Assembly (NCBI GenBank): GCA_027484685.1
Contig: JAIXSO010000053.1
Span: 48,164-112,163, forward strand
Length of the DNA stretch: 64,000 bases
Direction of reading: 5' to 3'
Source of the DNA: Bacteroidota bacterium
GTDB taxonomy: Bacteria > Bacteroidota > Bacteroidia > UKL13-3
The notes under the pieces are model-generated. The model did not search any database. It saw nothing but the letters and a program-made list of their open reading frames with translations, and was not told where the DNA came from. Made by a program: the position numbers and the translations under genes. Each line of letters begins with the position of its first letter. Position 1 is the first letter of the stretch. Shown piece after piece: positions 51,060-61,550 of the stretch.

Positions 51060-51620
51060 ATAATTATGATAAACTTAACATTTGAAACCCTTGCCACAAT
51101 TGAAACCAATAGACTTCAATTAAGGCCCGTAAATAAATTAGACGTAGAAAGTATTTTTGAAATACGTTCTAACCCGCGAACCATGCATTTTATCCCGAGG
51201 CCCATGACCCAAAACCTGGATGATGCCATGGATGTAATTAATCAAATAGAAGAAGGCATTGCTACCAAAACTAAAATAAATTGGGCCATAACCATGAAAA
51301 AAAATACCACACAGCTTATTGGGGTTATAGGTTACGTATCCATTAACCCAAACAACCATAGAGCGGAAATAGGTTATGTATTAAACGAAAAATTTCATGG
51401 AAAGGGAATCATGACCGAAGCTGTTAATGCCGTTGTTGATTTTGGGTTTAAAGAGTTTAACTTTCACTCTATTGAAGCTGTAATTAACCCTAAAAACCAA
51501 CCATCTATAAACGTAGTAACCCAATGTGGTTTTACCAAAGATGCTTTATTTAAAGACTATAATTTCCATAAAGAAAAATATGAAGATGCATTCATTTTCT
51601 CAAAGGTGGTTACATCATAA
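51045..51620 (+). CDS. GNAT-family N-acetyltransferase (RimJ/RimL-like). The start is possibly 51066.
   Basis: 191 aa. TNRLQLRPV and HGKGIMTEAV are acetyl-CoA-binding motifs. Confidence 0.75.
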   Translation: MALFFIIMINLTFETLATIETNRLQLRPVNKLDVESIFEIRSNPRTMHFIPRPMTQNLDDAMDVINQIEEGIATKTKINWAITMKKNTTQLIGVIGYVSINPNNHRAEIGYVLNEKFHGKGIMTEAVNAVVDFGFKEFNFHSIEAVINPKNQPSINVVTQCGFTKDALFKDYNFHKEKYEDAFIFSKVVTS

Positions 51621-51636
51621 CCGCAATGGTTGTAAC

Positions 51637-51680
51637 AAAAACAGGCCAATAAGTTAATCTTATTGGCCTGTTTATATAAA
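51637..51680. terminator. bidirectional terminator (GNAT / atpG)
   Basis: aacaggccaataag-ttaatc-ttattggcctgtt, with a T-run on the minus strand. Confidence 0.65.
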
Positions 51681-51693
51681 AGGTTATTATTGT

Positions 51694-52575
51694 TTAAGCG
51701 CTTAAAGCAGCAGCTCCACCAACAATTTCCGAAATTTCAGTTGTAATAGCCGCTTGACGAACTCTATTGTATTCAATTTTTAATGATTTCAATAATTCAC
51801 CAGCGTTATCAGTAGCTTTATCCATAGCAATCATGCGGGCGCCATGTTCTGAAGCTAATGAATCTAACATACATCTAAAGACTTGAGTTTTTAAAATGCG
51901 AGGAATCAATTCTAATAAGATTTCTTCTTTGTTAGGTTCAAAAATATAATCATTTTTCTTAACACTTTCAGTAGCTAAGCTAGCAGTGTCAATTGGTAAA
52001 AATTGCTCAGCACTTAAAATTTGAGTAGCAGCATTTTTAAATTGATTATAAACTATTTCTACAGCATCAAATTTACCTGATGTGTAACCATTTAAAATAT
52101 ATTCGCCAATAGCAAATCCAGTTTCAGCATTAGCAGTTAACAATGAATCTTTAAAATTATCAATGTAATTAACGGCTTGTTTTGAAAAATACTCATGACC
52201 TTTTTTACCAATACCAATTACACTAACACCACCGTTAGCTTTTTGCTCAGCATATTTTTCGTTAATGGTTTTATTGGCCATTTTTATAACATTTGCGTTA
52301 AATGAACCACATAAACCTCTATCGCTAGTAATAACAACTAGTAACACGTTTTTTACTGGACGTGCATCAAAATATACCTTTAAAGAATCAACATCAATGC
52401 TATCAGACAAATTGCTTAAAATGCCATTCAACTTTGCAGCATAAGGGCGCATTAAAGTAATCGCATTTTGTGCTCTACGCAGTTTAGTAGCCGAAACTAA
52501 TTTCATAGCTTTGGTAATTTGTTGCGTTGAAGTAACCGATGTAATTCTTATTCTAACTTCTTTTAAATTTGCCAT
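51694..52575 (-). CDS. atpG: ATP synthase F1 gamma subunit
   Basis: 293 aa. MANLKEVRIRITSVTSTQQITKAMKLVSATKLRRAQ is the AtpG N-terminus. Confidence 0.9.
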   Translation of the reverse strand: MANLKEVRIRITSVTSTQQITKAMKLVSATKLRRAQNAITLMRPYAAKLNGILSNLSDSIDVDSLKVYFDARPVKNVLLVVITSDRGLCGSFNANVIKMANKTINEKYAEQKANGGVSVIGIGKKGHEYFSKQAVNYIDNFKDSLLTANAETGFAIGEYILNGYTSGKFDAVEIVYNQFKNAATQILSAEQFLPIDTASLATESVKKNDYIFEPNKEEILLELIPRILKTQVFRCMLDSLASEHGARMIAMDKATDNAGELLKSLKIEYNRVRQAAITTEISEIVGGAAALSA

Positions 52576-52661
52576 TTTTTAATTAGTTGATTGGTTAATA
52601 AGTTGATTAGAAATAAAATAGTAACTTATTTACTAATCAACCTATCAACTTTTTACTATTA

Positions 52662-54239
52662 TTAACCTAAATATTTTGCTGATAATTCTTTACAAACTTT
52701 TTCAAGTGTTGCAGCTGCTTCGTCAGATAATCCCTTTTTCAAATCATCTAAAGTGTTTTTATGTTTATTTTCCATATAACTTAAAAACTCAGCTTCGAAC
52801 TCACGTATTTTATTTACAGGAACATTGCTTAATAAACCTTTTGTTCCTAAGTAAATAATAGCTACTTGTTGATCAACACGTAATGGCGAGAATTGACCTT
52901 GTTTCAAAATCTCTACGTTACGAGCACCTTTTGCCAATACAGCTTTAGTTGCTGCATCTAAGTCAGAACCAAATTTAGAGAAAGCCTCTAACTCACGGTA
53001 TTGAGCTTGATCTAATTTTAAAGTACCAGCAACTTTTTTCATTGATTTAATTTGAGCATTACCACCCACACGCGATACCGAGATACCCACGTTAATAGCA
53101 GGACGGATACCAGAGTTAAATAAATTTGACTCTAAGAAAATTTGTCCATCAGTAATTGAAATTACGTTAGTTGGAATGTATGCAGATACGTCACCAGCTT
53201 GCGTTTCAATAATTGGTAAAGCTGTTAATGATCCTCCACCTTTAACCAAATGTTTGATTGAATCTGGAATATCATTCATTGCTTGTGCAATAGAATCGGT
53301 AGCGTTAATTTTAGCAGCACGTTCTAATAAACGGCTATGTAAGTAAAATACGTCACCTGGGTATGCCTCACGTCCTGGAGGTCTACGTAATAATAATGAA
53401 ACCTCACGGTAAGCCACCGCTTGTTTTGATAAATCATCATAAACAACTAAAGCTGGTCTTCCTGAATCGCGGAAAAACTCACCTATAGCAGCACCAGCCA
53501 TTGGAGCATAAAACTGCATTGGAGCTGGATCAGATGAAGTAGCAGCAACTACAGTAGTATATTTCATAGCACCATTAGCTTCTAAAGTACTTACAATTTG
53601 TGCAACTGTAGAAGCTTTTTGACCAATAGCAACATAAATACAATAAACTGGGTTACCAGCTTCATAAAATTCTTTTTGGTTGATAATGGTATCAATACAA
53701 ACTGCTGTTTTTCCAGTTTGACGATCGCCAATAACTAACTCACGTTGACCACGTCCAATTGGAATCATCGCATCAATAGCTTTAATACCAGTTTGTAAAG
53801 GTTCTTTTACAGGCTCACGGTAAATTACCCCTGGAGCTTTGCGCTCTAAAGGCATGTCGTATAAATCGCCAGCAATTGGACCTTTTCCATCAATAGGATT
53901 TCCAATTGTGTTAACTACACGGCCAACCATTCCCTCACCTACTTTGATAGATGCAATTCTACCGGTTCTTTTAACGGTATCACCTTCTATAATTGAATCG
54001 CTTGAGCCTAATAATACAGCTCCAACGTTATCTTCTTCCAAATTTAATACAATTGCTTGTACACCATTTGCAAATTCGATTAACTCTCCAGATTGAACTT
54101 TAGTTAATCCATAAATACGGGCAATACCATCGCCCACTTGAAGTACCGTTCCTACTTCTTGTAATTCAGCATCCGATTTAAAGTTGCTTAATTGCTCTCT
54201 GATAATTGCTGATACTTCGTCAGGTCTAATCTCTACCAT
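52662..54239 (-). CDS. atpA: ATP synthase F1 alpha subunit
   Basis: 525 aa. Walker A GDRQTGKT plus alpha-subunit signature motifs. Confidence 0.95.
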   Translation of the reverse strand: MVEIRPDEVSAIIREQLSNFKSDAELQEVGTVLQVGDGIARIYGLTKVQSGELIEFANGVQAIVLNLEEDNVGAVLLGSSDSIIEGDTVKRTGRIASIKVGEGMVGRVVNTIGNPIDGKGPIAGDLYDMPLERKAPGVIYREPVKEPLQTGIKAIDAMIPIGRGQRELVIGDRQTGKTAVCIDTIINQKEFYEAGNPVYCIYVAIGQKASTVAQIVSTLEANGAMKYTTVVAATSSDPAPMQFYAPMAGAAIGEFFRDSGRPALVVYDDLSKQAVAYREVSLLLRRPPGREAYPGDVFYLHSRLLERAAKINATDSIAQAMNDIPDSIKHLVKGGGSLTALPIIETQAGDVSAYIPTNVISITDGQIFLESNLFNSGIRPAINVGISVSRVGGNAQIKSMKKVAGTLKLDQAQYRELEAFSKFGSDLDAATKAVLAKGARNVEILKQGQFSPLRVDQQVAIIYLGTKGLLSNVPVNKIREFEAEFLSYMENKHKNTLDDLKKGLSDEAAATLEKVCKELSAKYLG

Positions 54240-54252
54240 AATTAATTTTTGT

Positions 54253-54804
54253 TTATTTTGAGATATATGTGTTTAATAACTGTTGTTTGGCTTTACGTAA
54301 GCTACCCGAAATACTTGCATCATACAAACGGTCTTCCATTTGTATCATAATTCCACCAATTAATGATGGATCAACATGCATTTTAAGTTCTACGTTTTTA
54401 CCACTTTGTTGTTGTAAAAAGTTTTGAATTTCAGCTTTAATTTCAGCTGAAGCTTCCACTGCGGTTTTAACCGAAGCAGTAGCAATTTTATTTATTTCAT
54501 TATATTGAGCTATAACTGCTTCGCAAATTGATACCAATATCATTTCGCGTTGTTTGCGCACTATAATGGCAATAAACGAAAAAGTTAATTTATTAAATGA
54601 ACTAGCAAAAATTTGAGTAATAACTGCTAACTTTTTATCACCTTTAATAACAGGGCTTTTAAGCAAGTTTTCAAGTGATTGATTTTGTTCAATAGTTTGT
54701 TTAAATAATTTCATATCCGCACAAACTACCTCTAGCAGGTTTTGTTCAATAGCTAAATCAACTAATGACTTTGCATAACGACTGGCTACTCTAAAATCCG
54801 ACAT
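54253..54804 (-). CDS. atpH: ATP synthase F1 delta subunit (OSCP)
   Basis: 183 aa. Assigned by position in the operon and by its OSCP-like helical composition. Confidence 0.8.
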   Translation of the reverse strand: MSDFRVASRYAKSLVDLAIEQNLLEVVCADMKLFKQTIEQNQSLENLLKSPVIKGDKKLAVITQIFASSFNKLTFSFIAIIVRKQREMILVSICEAVIAQYNEINKIATASVKTAVEASAEIKAEIQNFLQQQSGKNVELKMHVDPSLIGGIMIQMEDRLYDASISGSLRKAKQQLLNTYISK

Positions 54805-54805
54805 A

Positions 54806-55300
54806 CTAGTTCAGTGTTATATTTTTTAAACTTTCATTTACAAAAACCTCTTGTTGGCTTCTGTCTTCCATTTTGTTACGCAATATTTTTTCAGCTAAAT
54901 CAACTGAAAGGTTTGCAACTTGGGTTTTCAATTGGTTCATGGCATTTACTTTCTCCATTTCAATTGCCTCTTTAGCCGCAGTTATCATTTTGTCGCCTTC
55001 GTTTTTAGCATCGCTTTTAGCTTTAGCTAAAATTTGATCCTTAATTTCGTTAGCTTCTTTTAATAACTTATCACGCTCAGCACGTGCTTCGTTTAATAAA
55101 CGTTGGTTATCAGTTTTTAAACTTTCCAACTGTAAACGAGCAGTTTCTGCCGATTTTAAAGCCTCATCAATACTATCTTCTCTTTCTTTAAGGGTTTTGG
55201 TAATTGGTTTCCAAGCAAATTTTGTTAATACAAAAAATAGTATAAAAAATGCTATCGAACTCCAAAAAATCAAACCAATACTTGGGGTTACTAAATCCAT
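54806..55300 (-). CDS. atpF: ATP synthase F0 subunit b
   Basis: 164 aa. Single N-terminal TM helix followed by a long charged helix. Confidence 0.8.
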   Translation of the reverse strand: MDLVTPSIGLIFWSSIAFFILFFVLTKFAWKPITKTLKEREDSIDEALKSAETARLQLESLKTDNQRLLNEARAERDKLLKEANEIKDQILAKAKSDAKNEGDKMITAAKEAIEMEKVNAMNQLKTQVANLSVDLAEKILRNKMEDRSQQEVFVNESLKNITLN

Positions 55301-55382
55301 TGTATATATAATTTTATAAAAGTTTTTTCAAATAAAATAAAGCCCGATTTAAAACAACCGGGCTTTTTGGGGTACTAATTAA

Positions 55383-55610
<228 letters not shown>

Positions 55611-55649
55611 TTAGTTTAGTTTGAAATTTTTAAAATTTATTTTTATTGA

Positions 55650-56810
55650 TTAGTGGTGTGCTTCCTCGCCATGTTCAGGTTCTTGAACGGCCATTCCAAT
55701 AAATAAAGCCGACAAAATAGTGAATATAAATGCTTGGATAAAAGCAACCAATAATTCAATAGCGCTAATAAATACGATAAGAGGAGTTGCTACTGCACCT
55801 ACTGCATACGATTTAAAGATAAATGCTAAACAAACCAAGCTTAGCACTAAAATATGTCCTGCTGTAATGTTTGCGAACAAACGAATCATTAAAGCGAAAG
55901 GTTTTGTGAAGATACCAATAATTTCTACTGGAATCATTAATGGGTATAACCAAAGTGGTACGTGAGGTGTAAAAATGTGTCCCCAGTAGTTTTTGTTACC
56001 GTTAAAGTTAGTTATTAGAAAAGTAATTACCGCTAACACTAAAGTTACTGCAATATTACCTGTTACGTTAGCTCCTCCAGGGAAAAACGGAATTAAACCA
56101 ATTACGTTAATGAACCAAATAAAGAAGAATACAGTTAACAAATATGGCATAAACTTTTGGTACTTGTCACCTAAGTTTGGCTTAGCAATATCGTCACGAA
56201 CAAAAATAATGATTGGTTCAATCCAGCTTTGTAATCCTTTAGGAGCACCAATTCCTCTTTTGCTGTAACCTTTAGCTACAGTTAAGAATATTAATAATAA
56301 ACCAATTACAGCTATAAATAAAGTTGCAACATTTTTTGTAATAGAAAAGTCTAATACTTTTTTGCTAGCTTCTTCATCTATTTCGCCAGCTTCGTTTACA
56401 ACTTTAATTTTTTCGTGAACTAATTTATAAGTGTAGTTACCTTTAAAGGCATCATGTCCATGGTTAAATTTACCACTTGAAAAAGTTTCTAATCCTTTAT
56501 CAGTGTAAATAATTACTGGTAAATGAATGCTGGTATGTCCAAATAAATGCCAATCGTGTGCATCGGCAATATGCTCCATTATAGTTTTGTTGGCATCAAA
56601 TTTTTCTTCACCATGATTTTCCTCATGTGAACCTTCAGCGTGAGTAGCAGTTGCATGTTCGTTTTCAACGGTAGCAGCTGCCGAATCAGTATGTTCGCTA
56701 GTTACAGGTTGATTTGCGAAAGAAATGACTGAAACGATAGAAAACACTATCGTTAAAAGGGCAGTTTTAATGGTGTAGTTTATTGATTTCAAATTGTTTA
56801 AATGAGTCAT
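55650..56810 (-). CDS. atpB: ATP synthase F0 subunit a (start set at internal Met; ORF extends to 56957)
   Basis: The C-terminal TM helices carry the conserved Arg region (ANITAGHIL). There is a long N-terminal periplasmic extension, as in Bacteroidetes AtpB. The upstream-most 49 codons overlap the neighbouring gene and are probably not translated. Confidence 0.8.
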   Translation of the reverse strand: MTHLNNLKSINYTIKTALLTIVFSIVSVISFANQPVTSEHTDSAAATVENEHATATHAEGSHEENHGEEKFDANKTIMEHIADAHDWHLFGHTSIHLPVIIYTDKGLETFSSGKFNHGHDAFKGNYTYKLVHEKIKVVNEAGEIDEEASKKVLDFSITKNVATLFIAVIGLLLIFLTVAKGYSKRGIGAPKGLQSWIEPIIIFVRDDIAKPNLGDKYQKFMPYLLTVFFFIWFINVIGLIPFFPGGANVTGNIAVTLVLAVITFLITNFNGNKNYWGHIFTPHVPLWLYPLMIPVEIIGIFTKPFALMIRLFANITAGHILVLSLVCLAFIFKSYAVGAVATPLIVFISAIELLVAFIQAFIFTILSALFIGMAVQEPEHGEEAHH

Positions 56811-56829
56811 TTGGTTCTTCGTTTCGTCC

Positions 56830-57210
56830 TTAATCGAGGCGCAATTTAGTTGTAAGGATATAAATTTCAAACACAATAAATAAAATAAAAAGCAGCATAA
56901 AGTAAAAAATGAAGGATAATTGATACGTTTTATGGGTTTGTGCGTAATACAAAACATAGAACAAACTGCTTATAAATCTGACTGCTAGGGCTGCATAAGA
57001 GTGCATCACAAAATTTTGTGGGCCTTTTTTTAATCCCAAATAACTGATATAAAACACTAAACAAGTTACAATGCAGTAAAAAGTTAAACAAATCATAGCA
57101 TCGTTAAAATTTAAATTGATTTTCAATGAGTTGATGCTCCAAAAAGTAGCCAAGCCTATAAAAATGCTCAATCCTATGCTCAGTAAAAAAAATTGAATAA
57201 TTGTTTTCAT
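56830..57210 (-). CDS. 4-TM small membrane protein (possible ATP synthase protein I-like)
   Basis: 126 aa with four hydrophobic helices. It lies between the atpZ-like gene and atpB. Confidence 0.4.
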   Translation of the reverse strand: MKTIIQFFLLSIGLSIFIGLATFWSINSLKINLNFNDAMICLTFYCIVTCLVFYISYLGLKKGPQNFVMHSYAALAVRFISSLFYVLYYAQTHKTYQLSFIFYFMLLFILFIVFEIYILTTKLRLD

Positions 57211-57218
57211 AGTATCAG

Positions 57219-57452
57219 TTACTTTTCTTTCATAAAGTTTTTTATCAAATTATAAAAACCAATTGCCATTCCAATAAAAACGCCAATTATAGTTAAATAT
57301 GGAACTTTATGGGCAAAGTGTTTATCAACCCAATTACCCAAAAAGGTAAAAATAAGCATGAAAATAATAAGCTGAACCAATAAGCCAAATACTTTACTAT
57401 ATTTAGCATAGCTGCTAGTTAATTCTTCTTTATCGAGTTTAGGGTCGGTCAT
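57219..57452 (-). CDS. AtpZ/AtpI-family small membrane protein
   Basis: 77 aa with two TM helices. It is the first gene of the atp operon. Confidence 0.55.
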   Translation of the reverse strand: MTDPKLDKEELTSSYAKYSKVFGLLVQLIIFMLIFTFLGNWVDKHFAHKVPYLTIIGVFIGMAIGFYNLIKNFMKEK

Positions 57453-57512
57453 TTTTTATGACCGCAAAAGTAATTTATTATGGCAAAACAATTATTTTTT
57501 TAATTTGCAGGC

Positions 57513-57635
57513 ATGAAAACTACTAAAATTATCGCTTTTATACTGATAGGCATTTCGCTTTTAAGCGCAGTTAGTGCTTGTGGAAGCAAAAAAGGAATTG
57601 CACGAAACAAAAAATGTAATTGCCCTAAATTTTAG
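57513..57635 (+). CDS. candidate 40-aa lipoprotein (not in ORF track)
   Basis: Translates to MKTTKIIAFILIGISLLSAVSACGSKKGIARNKKCNCPKF. Signal peptide with lipobox VSAC. It sits directly upstream of the GT2 gene. Confidence 0.3.
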   Translation: MKTTKIIAFILIGISLLSAVSACGSKKGIARNKKCNCPKF

Positions 57636-57646
57636 TTAATCAAAAC

Positions 57647-58456
57647 ATGCAAAATCCTTTAGTAAGCTTAATTACAGTTACTTATAATGCAGAAGCACTT
57701 CTTTACGATACATGGCAATCGGCTATTAACCAATCATTTAAAGATTTTGAACTCATTTTAGTAGATGGTGGCTCAAAAGATAGTACCTTAAAAATTGCTC
57801 AACAATTTACCAGTAATATAGGAACCATTATTTCGGAACCCGATAAAGGGATTTACGATGCCATGAATAAAGGCATAAAAGCAGCAAAAGGACAATGGGT
57901 TTATTTTTTAAATGCAGGCGATTCGTTTTACAATAACGAAGTGCTTGCTGATATTTTTAAAAACAATACTTTTAAAAACTGTGAACTTATTTATGCCAAA
58001 GTGCAAACGGTAAATGAACCAACTGGGGTCAACTATATAAATGGCAAACCAGTAAAATACAGCGATTTCTTTTCGCATTACCCTATTTGTCATCAAGCTA
58101 CCTTTACTCATAAAAATGCTTTTGAAAAAATAGGCTATTATAATACTAACTATAAATTGGTAGCTGATACTACTTGGTTTGCTTCATTTTTTAAAACTCA
58201 GCCTGAGAAAGCTTTTTATATAGATAAGGTTATTGCTTTTTACGATATTCAAGGTACCACTTACCATAAGCGTATGCTCGGATATAAGGAGTATATTCAT
58301 TATGGATGGAGCAATTTTCCACTAACAATTGCCATCAAAAATTGGTTGATGTATCCGGTAATTTGGCTAAAAGTAAAACTGATAAGAACTTTAACCAATA
58401 CTGCTATTTTTAAAGTTTATAGAAAGTTAAAGTTTGGGATAAAATTGGCTCAGTAA
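57647..58456 (+). CDS. family 2 glycosyltransferase
   Basis: 269 aa. SLITVTYNAEALL...VDGGSKDST is the GT2 signature. Confidence 0.85.
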   Translation: MQNPLVSLITVTYNAEALLYDTWQSAINQSFKDFELILVDGGSKDSTLKIAQQFTSNIGTIISEPDKGIYDAMNKGIKAAKGQWVYFLNAGDSFYNNEVLADIFKNNTFKNCELIYAKVQTVNEPTGVNYINGKPVKYSDFFSHYPICHQATFTHKNAFEKIGYYNTNYKLVADTTWFASFFKTQPEKAFYIDKVIAFYDIQGTTYHKRMLGYKEYIHYGWSNFPLTIAIKNWLMYPVIWLKVKLIRTLTNTAIFKVYRKLKFGIKLAQ

Positions 58457-58516
58457 ATTCGAAACAATAAACTCGAAGGCATGCTAGTTTAAATATTTGA
58501 TATTTAGAAATATGTA

Positions 58517-58563
58517 AAAAATTAAGTTCGCCAAAACTAGTAAAAAAAGTGAGTTTTGGCGAA
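58517..58563. repeat. 46-bp direct repeat with 13-bp hairpin, copy 1 (downstream of the ATPase gene)
   Basis: aaaattaagttcgccaaaactagtaaaaaaagtgagttttggcgaact is identical to 59994-60040. The internal stem is gttcgccaaaact/agttttggcgaac. Confidence 0.9.
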
Positions 58564-58577
58564 CTATACAAATTTTA

Positions 58578-59990
58578 TCACTCAAATAAACAACTGATTT
58601 GTAAAGCGTTTTGAACCAGCTCAGCACTGTATTCATTTGGTTTAAGTCCAAAGGTAGTTAGCATTATTAAGTGTATATTTTTTCTTGTATCTGTTTCTTT
58701 TTGAAATTCATCTATTTTGTTTTTTAAGTTTAAATAATATTGTTTATCGATTGTAAAAGTTGAATTATAAAACTTCATTTCACACAGGTTTATAATGTTA
58801 TCATCTCTATCTATGAGTAAATCAATCTGTGCATTTTTATTAAACCAACTGCTGCTGGTTGAATAAACAGCATCAATGCGAAGCGCTTTTTTAATTTGAT
58901 AAATGTGTTTTAAGCAAATAGTTTCAAAACTAAAACCTGACCATGACGTATAAGTTTGTTTTTTAAATAATCGCTGCCAAGTTCCAACGCCTTCGGCTTT
59001 ATTAGGTTGTATAAACTTTAAATAAAAAAGCGAATATTCATCAGAAAGCCTGTAGAGTATCAACTGCTTTTTATTTTTATAATAAGCGTATTCACTTACA
59101 AAACCTGAAGCGATGAGTTCTTCTAGTTTTAGTGAAAAATCACCACCACTTGGAATACCACTTTGAGTTATCAAATCTTGTCGTGTAATGCCCTTTTTGC
59201 ATTTGGCCAAAGTTTTAACAATTATTCTGTGCTTTTCTGAATTATCAAACAAGGAAGTAAAAAGTTGATTGAACTCATTGTGTAAAACACCATCTTTATC
59301 AAAACACAATTGATCAATATTTTGAGCCACACTTAATCCTTTTTGAAGCTTATCAAGGTAATGCGGAACACCACCCATGGTCATATAAATTTGCAAAACA
59401 TCGTAATGCGAATATCGAATTCCTCTACTCTTTAAAAACGCATCGGTTTCGTTTAAATCAAAAGGTAATAGCCTAATTTTACGTGTAATTCTATTATGCA
59501 GTCCACCTTTATTATTCAAAATTTCTTTTACCATGTATGAAGCAGCCGAGCCACAAATTACCACAATTAAATCATCTCGTTTTGATGCATATTGGTTCCA
59601 AAAATTTTCAAATGCCATCAAAAATTTTGACCGTGGTGAAGCAAGCCAAGGAAACTCATCTATAAAAATTACTTTCTTTTTATTAGAGATTAGTTTGTTT
59701 AAATAATTTTCTAATTGTGTAAAAGCTGCTAACCAATTTTTGGGCGTATCAAAATTTGCTTTTTTATTTCGGGTGTTTAGCTCCTTTGTAAAATTTTGAA
59801 GTTGACTATTAGTAGTACCATGAAATAATCCTGCAATTTCAAAAACCAATTCTTTTTTAAAATATTCTCGAATAAGAAAAGTTTTACCAACTCGTCTTCT
59901 TCCATACACAGCAATTAACTCCGACTTATTATTTTGTTTTGCTGCTTCAAGAATATTAATCTCTGATATTCTGCCAATTAGTTTACTCAT
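58578..59990 (-). CDS. AAA+ ATP-binding protein (archaeal-ATPase/DUF234 family). The ORF extends to 60059 through the repeat.
   Basis: Walker A GRRRVGKTF and Walker B VIFIDEF, plus a C-terminal DUF234-like region. Start set at MSKLIG (59990). The preceding in-frame codons are the direct repeat. Confidence 0.7.
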   Translation of the reverse strand: MSKLIGRISEINILEAAKQNNKSELIAVYGRRRVGKTFLIREYFKKELVFEIAGLFHGTTNSQLQNFTKELNTRNKKANFDTPKNWLAAFTQLENYLNKLISNKKKVIFIDEFPWLASPRSKFLMAFENFWNQYASKRDDLIVVICGSAASYMVKEILNNKGGLHNRITRKIRLLPFDLNETDAFLKSRGIRYSHYDVLQIYMTMGGVPHYLDKLQKGLSVAQNIDQLCFDKDGVLHNEFNQLFTSLFDNSEKHRIIVKTLAKCKKGITRQDLITQSGIPSGGDFSLKLEELIASGFVSEYAYYKNKKQLILYRLSDEYSLFYLKFIQPNKAEGVGTWQRLFKKQTYTSWSGFSFETICLKHIYQIKKALRIDAVYSTSSSWFNKNAQIDLLIDRDDNIINLCEMKFYNSTFTIDKQYYLNLKNKIDEFQKETDTRKNIHLIMLTTFGLKPNEYSAELVQNALQISCLFE

Positions 59991-59993
59991 AAT

Positions 59994-60040
59994 AAAATTA
60001 AGTTCGCCAAAACTAGTAAAAAAAGTGAGTTTTGGCGAAC
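59994..60040. repeat. 46-bp direct repeat with 13-bp hairpin, copy 2 (upstream of the ATPase gene)
   Basis: Identical to copy 1. Confidence 0.9.
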
Positions 60041-60064
60041 TTAATTTTAAAAAAGACACTTTAA

Positions 60065-60583
60065 TTAACGACTTTTTTGCCTTTCGGCTTCTTTAAAAAT
60101 TTGTTTTAAAACTTCAAGTGATGCATTGAAATCTCTTATAAAAAACCAAGACATCGAATAAAAAGTAATAGTTAATGAGACTATAAAAATTGGAAACTTT
60201 GCGATAATTTCATATTGAATAGGTATTTTATTGAAAGGAAAAAGTACAGTAAAAAAAACAAACAACATGATTGTTCCTGCAATTAAACCAAATAAAATAC
60301 TAGGATAAGGATAGCAACTAATTTCAATTTCAGTATATCCATTCTCCAATTCTGTTGTTTCGCCATGAAAAAATATTTGCCCCTGCTTGTTCATAGATTT
60401 TTCATAGGTAAAATTTACATCAAATTGTTTTCCAGATGTATTGCCTTCTAGTCTTTTGCTATTAAAAATTGTCTTTAAAAATGAAGTTTCATGATTGATA
60501 TTATCATGAATGGCCTGCATAATTTGCGGAGAAGTTAAATTAACTTCGAAAACAACAATTCGGGGAAATAGATTGAAAAACAT
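60065..60583 (-). CDS. hypothetical membrane protein (soluble N-domain plus three C-terminal TM helices)
   Basis: 172 aa. It lies immediately upstream of the ATPase on the same strand. Confidence 0.4.
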   Translation of the reverse strand: MFFNLFPRIVVFEVNLTSPQIMQAIHDNINHETSFLKTIFNSKRLEGNTSGKQFDVNFTYEKSMNKQGQIFFHGETTELENGYTEIEISCYPYPSILFGLIAGTIMLFVFFTVLFPFNKIPIQYEIIAKFPIFIVSLTITFYSMSWFFIRDFNASLEVLKQIFKEAERQKSR

Positions 60584-60611
60584 AACTCAAAAATAAACTT
60601 TTAAGGCATAA

Positions 60612-60645
60612 AAAAACCGAAGCTTTTTAAACTTCGGTTTTTTAT
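60612..60645. terminator. bidirectional terminator after the dienelactone hydrolase gene
   Basis: aaaccgaagc-tttttaaa-cttcggttt, with A/T runs on both sides. Confidence 0.65.
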
Positions 60646-60658
60646 TATTTGGTAATTA

Positions 60659-61495
60659 TTATTTCAACTTCAATTTTAAAAATGCCAAAGCTTTTGCATG
60701 CGCATCGGCCGAAAACTCTTTATTAAACTTAGGATTACTAGGATTAGCAAAAGCATGGTCAGCATCGTAATTGTAAACAGTTAATTTCTTTTTAGCTTTT
60801 TTCATATTAGCTTCAAATGCTTTAACTAAATCAGCATTGATAAATTGGTCTTGTTTAGCAAAAATACCTAACACATCGCAATTCAAAGTTTTTAAACGCT
60901 CAATGCTTTTTTCTGGCATTCCGTAATACATTACACAAGCTTTTGCTTGTTTACTTTCTAATAAAGTACTTTGCAAACTCCAAGCGCCACCCATACACCA
61001 TCCAATTGTAGCAATGGCTTTATCGGTTCCAACTTTGGCTATTATTCCGTTTACTATAGCAGTAGCACGTTCTTGTTTTAAGCCCATCATTAATTTTTGT
61101 GCAGTTGGTACATCAGTAGCTAATTCACCATCATATAAATCAACAGCGTAAACGTCTACATCGCCCATTTCGGCAGCAAAAGTTTCAGCTTCTTGTTTAA
61201 TATAATCGTTTAATCCCCACCATTCATGAAAAACAAACAACACCTTTTTAGTTGGCTTACTTGCTTTTATATAATAAGCATTTCCATTTGAACCTTCTTT
61301 GGTGGCAAACGTAATCATTTCACCTTTTGGTTTTTCTAACTTAAAAGGTAAAGGTACTTCATGTTTAGATGCAAATTTTTCGTTCATGGCTAAGGCTGCA
61401 TTTTGACTGCTAACGGTTATTGCGCAACAGCTATTTTGTGATTTTGCAATAGTTACAGAAACAACTAATGCCATTGCTAATAATATTCTTTTCAT
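60659..61495 (-). CDS. dienelactone hydrolase-family protein, secreted
   Basis: 278 aa with a signal peptide. FHEWWGLNDY and GWCMGG are DLH motifs. Confidence 0.7.
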   Translation of the reverse strand: MKRILLAMALVVSVTIAKSQNSCCAITVSSQNAALAMNEKFASKHEVPLPFKLEKPKGEMITFATKEGSNGNAYYIKASKPTKKVLFVFHEWWGLNDYIKQEAETFAAEMGDVDVYAVDLYDGELATDVPTAQKLMMGLKQERATAIVNGIIAKVGTDKAIATIGWCMGGAWSLQSTLLESKQAKACVMYYGMPEKSIERLKTLNCDVLGIFAKQDQFINADLVKAFEANMKKAKKKLTVYNYDADHAFANPSNPKFNKEFSADAHAKALAFLKLKLK

Positions 61496-61550
61496 AATTA
61501 TTTTTTGAGTTTGTTATAATTTGAAACTTCAATTATTCTAAATTGTTTCA

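Noticed and set aside
56811-56957. N-terminal 49 codons of the long atpB ORF
   Set aside because: They overlap the upstream 4-TM gene and add a hydrophobic, Cys-rich extension not seen in AtpB. The internal Met at 56810 gives a typical Bacteroidetes subunit a.
59991-60059. Extra 23 N-terminal codons of the ATPase ORF
   Set aside because: They are a translation of the 46-bp direct repeat. The Walker-A-containing domain begins right after the Met at 59990.
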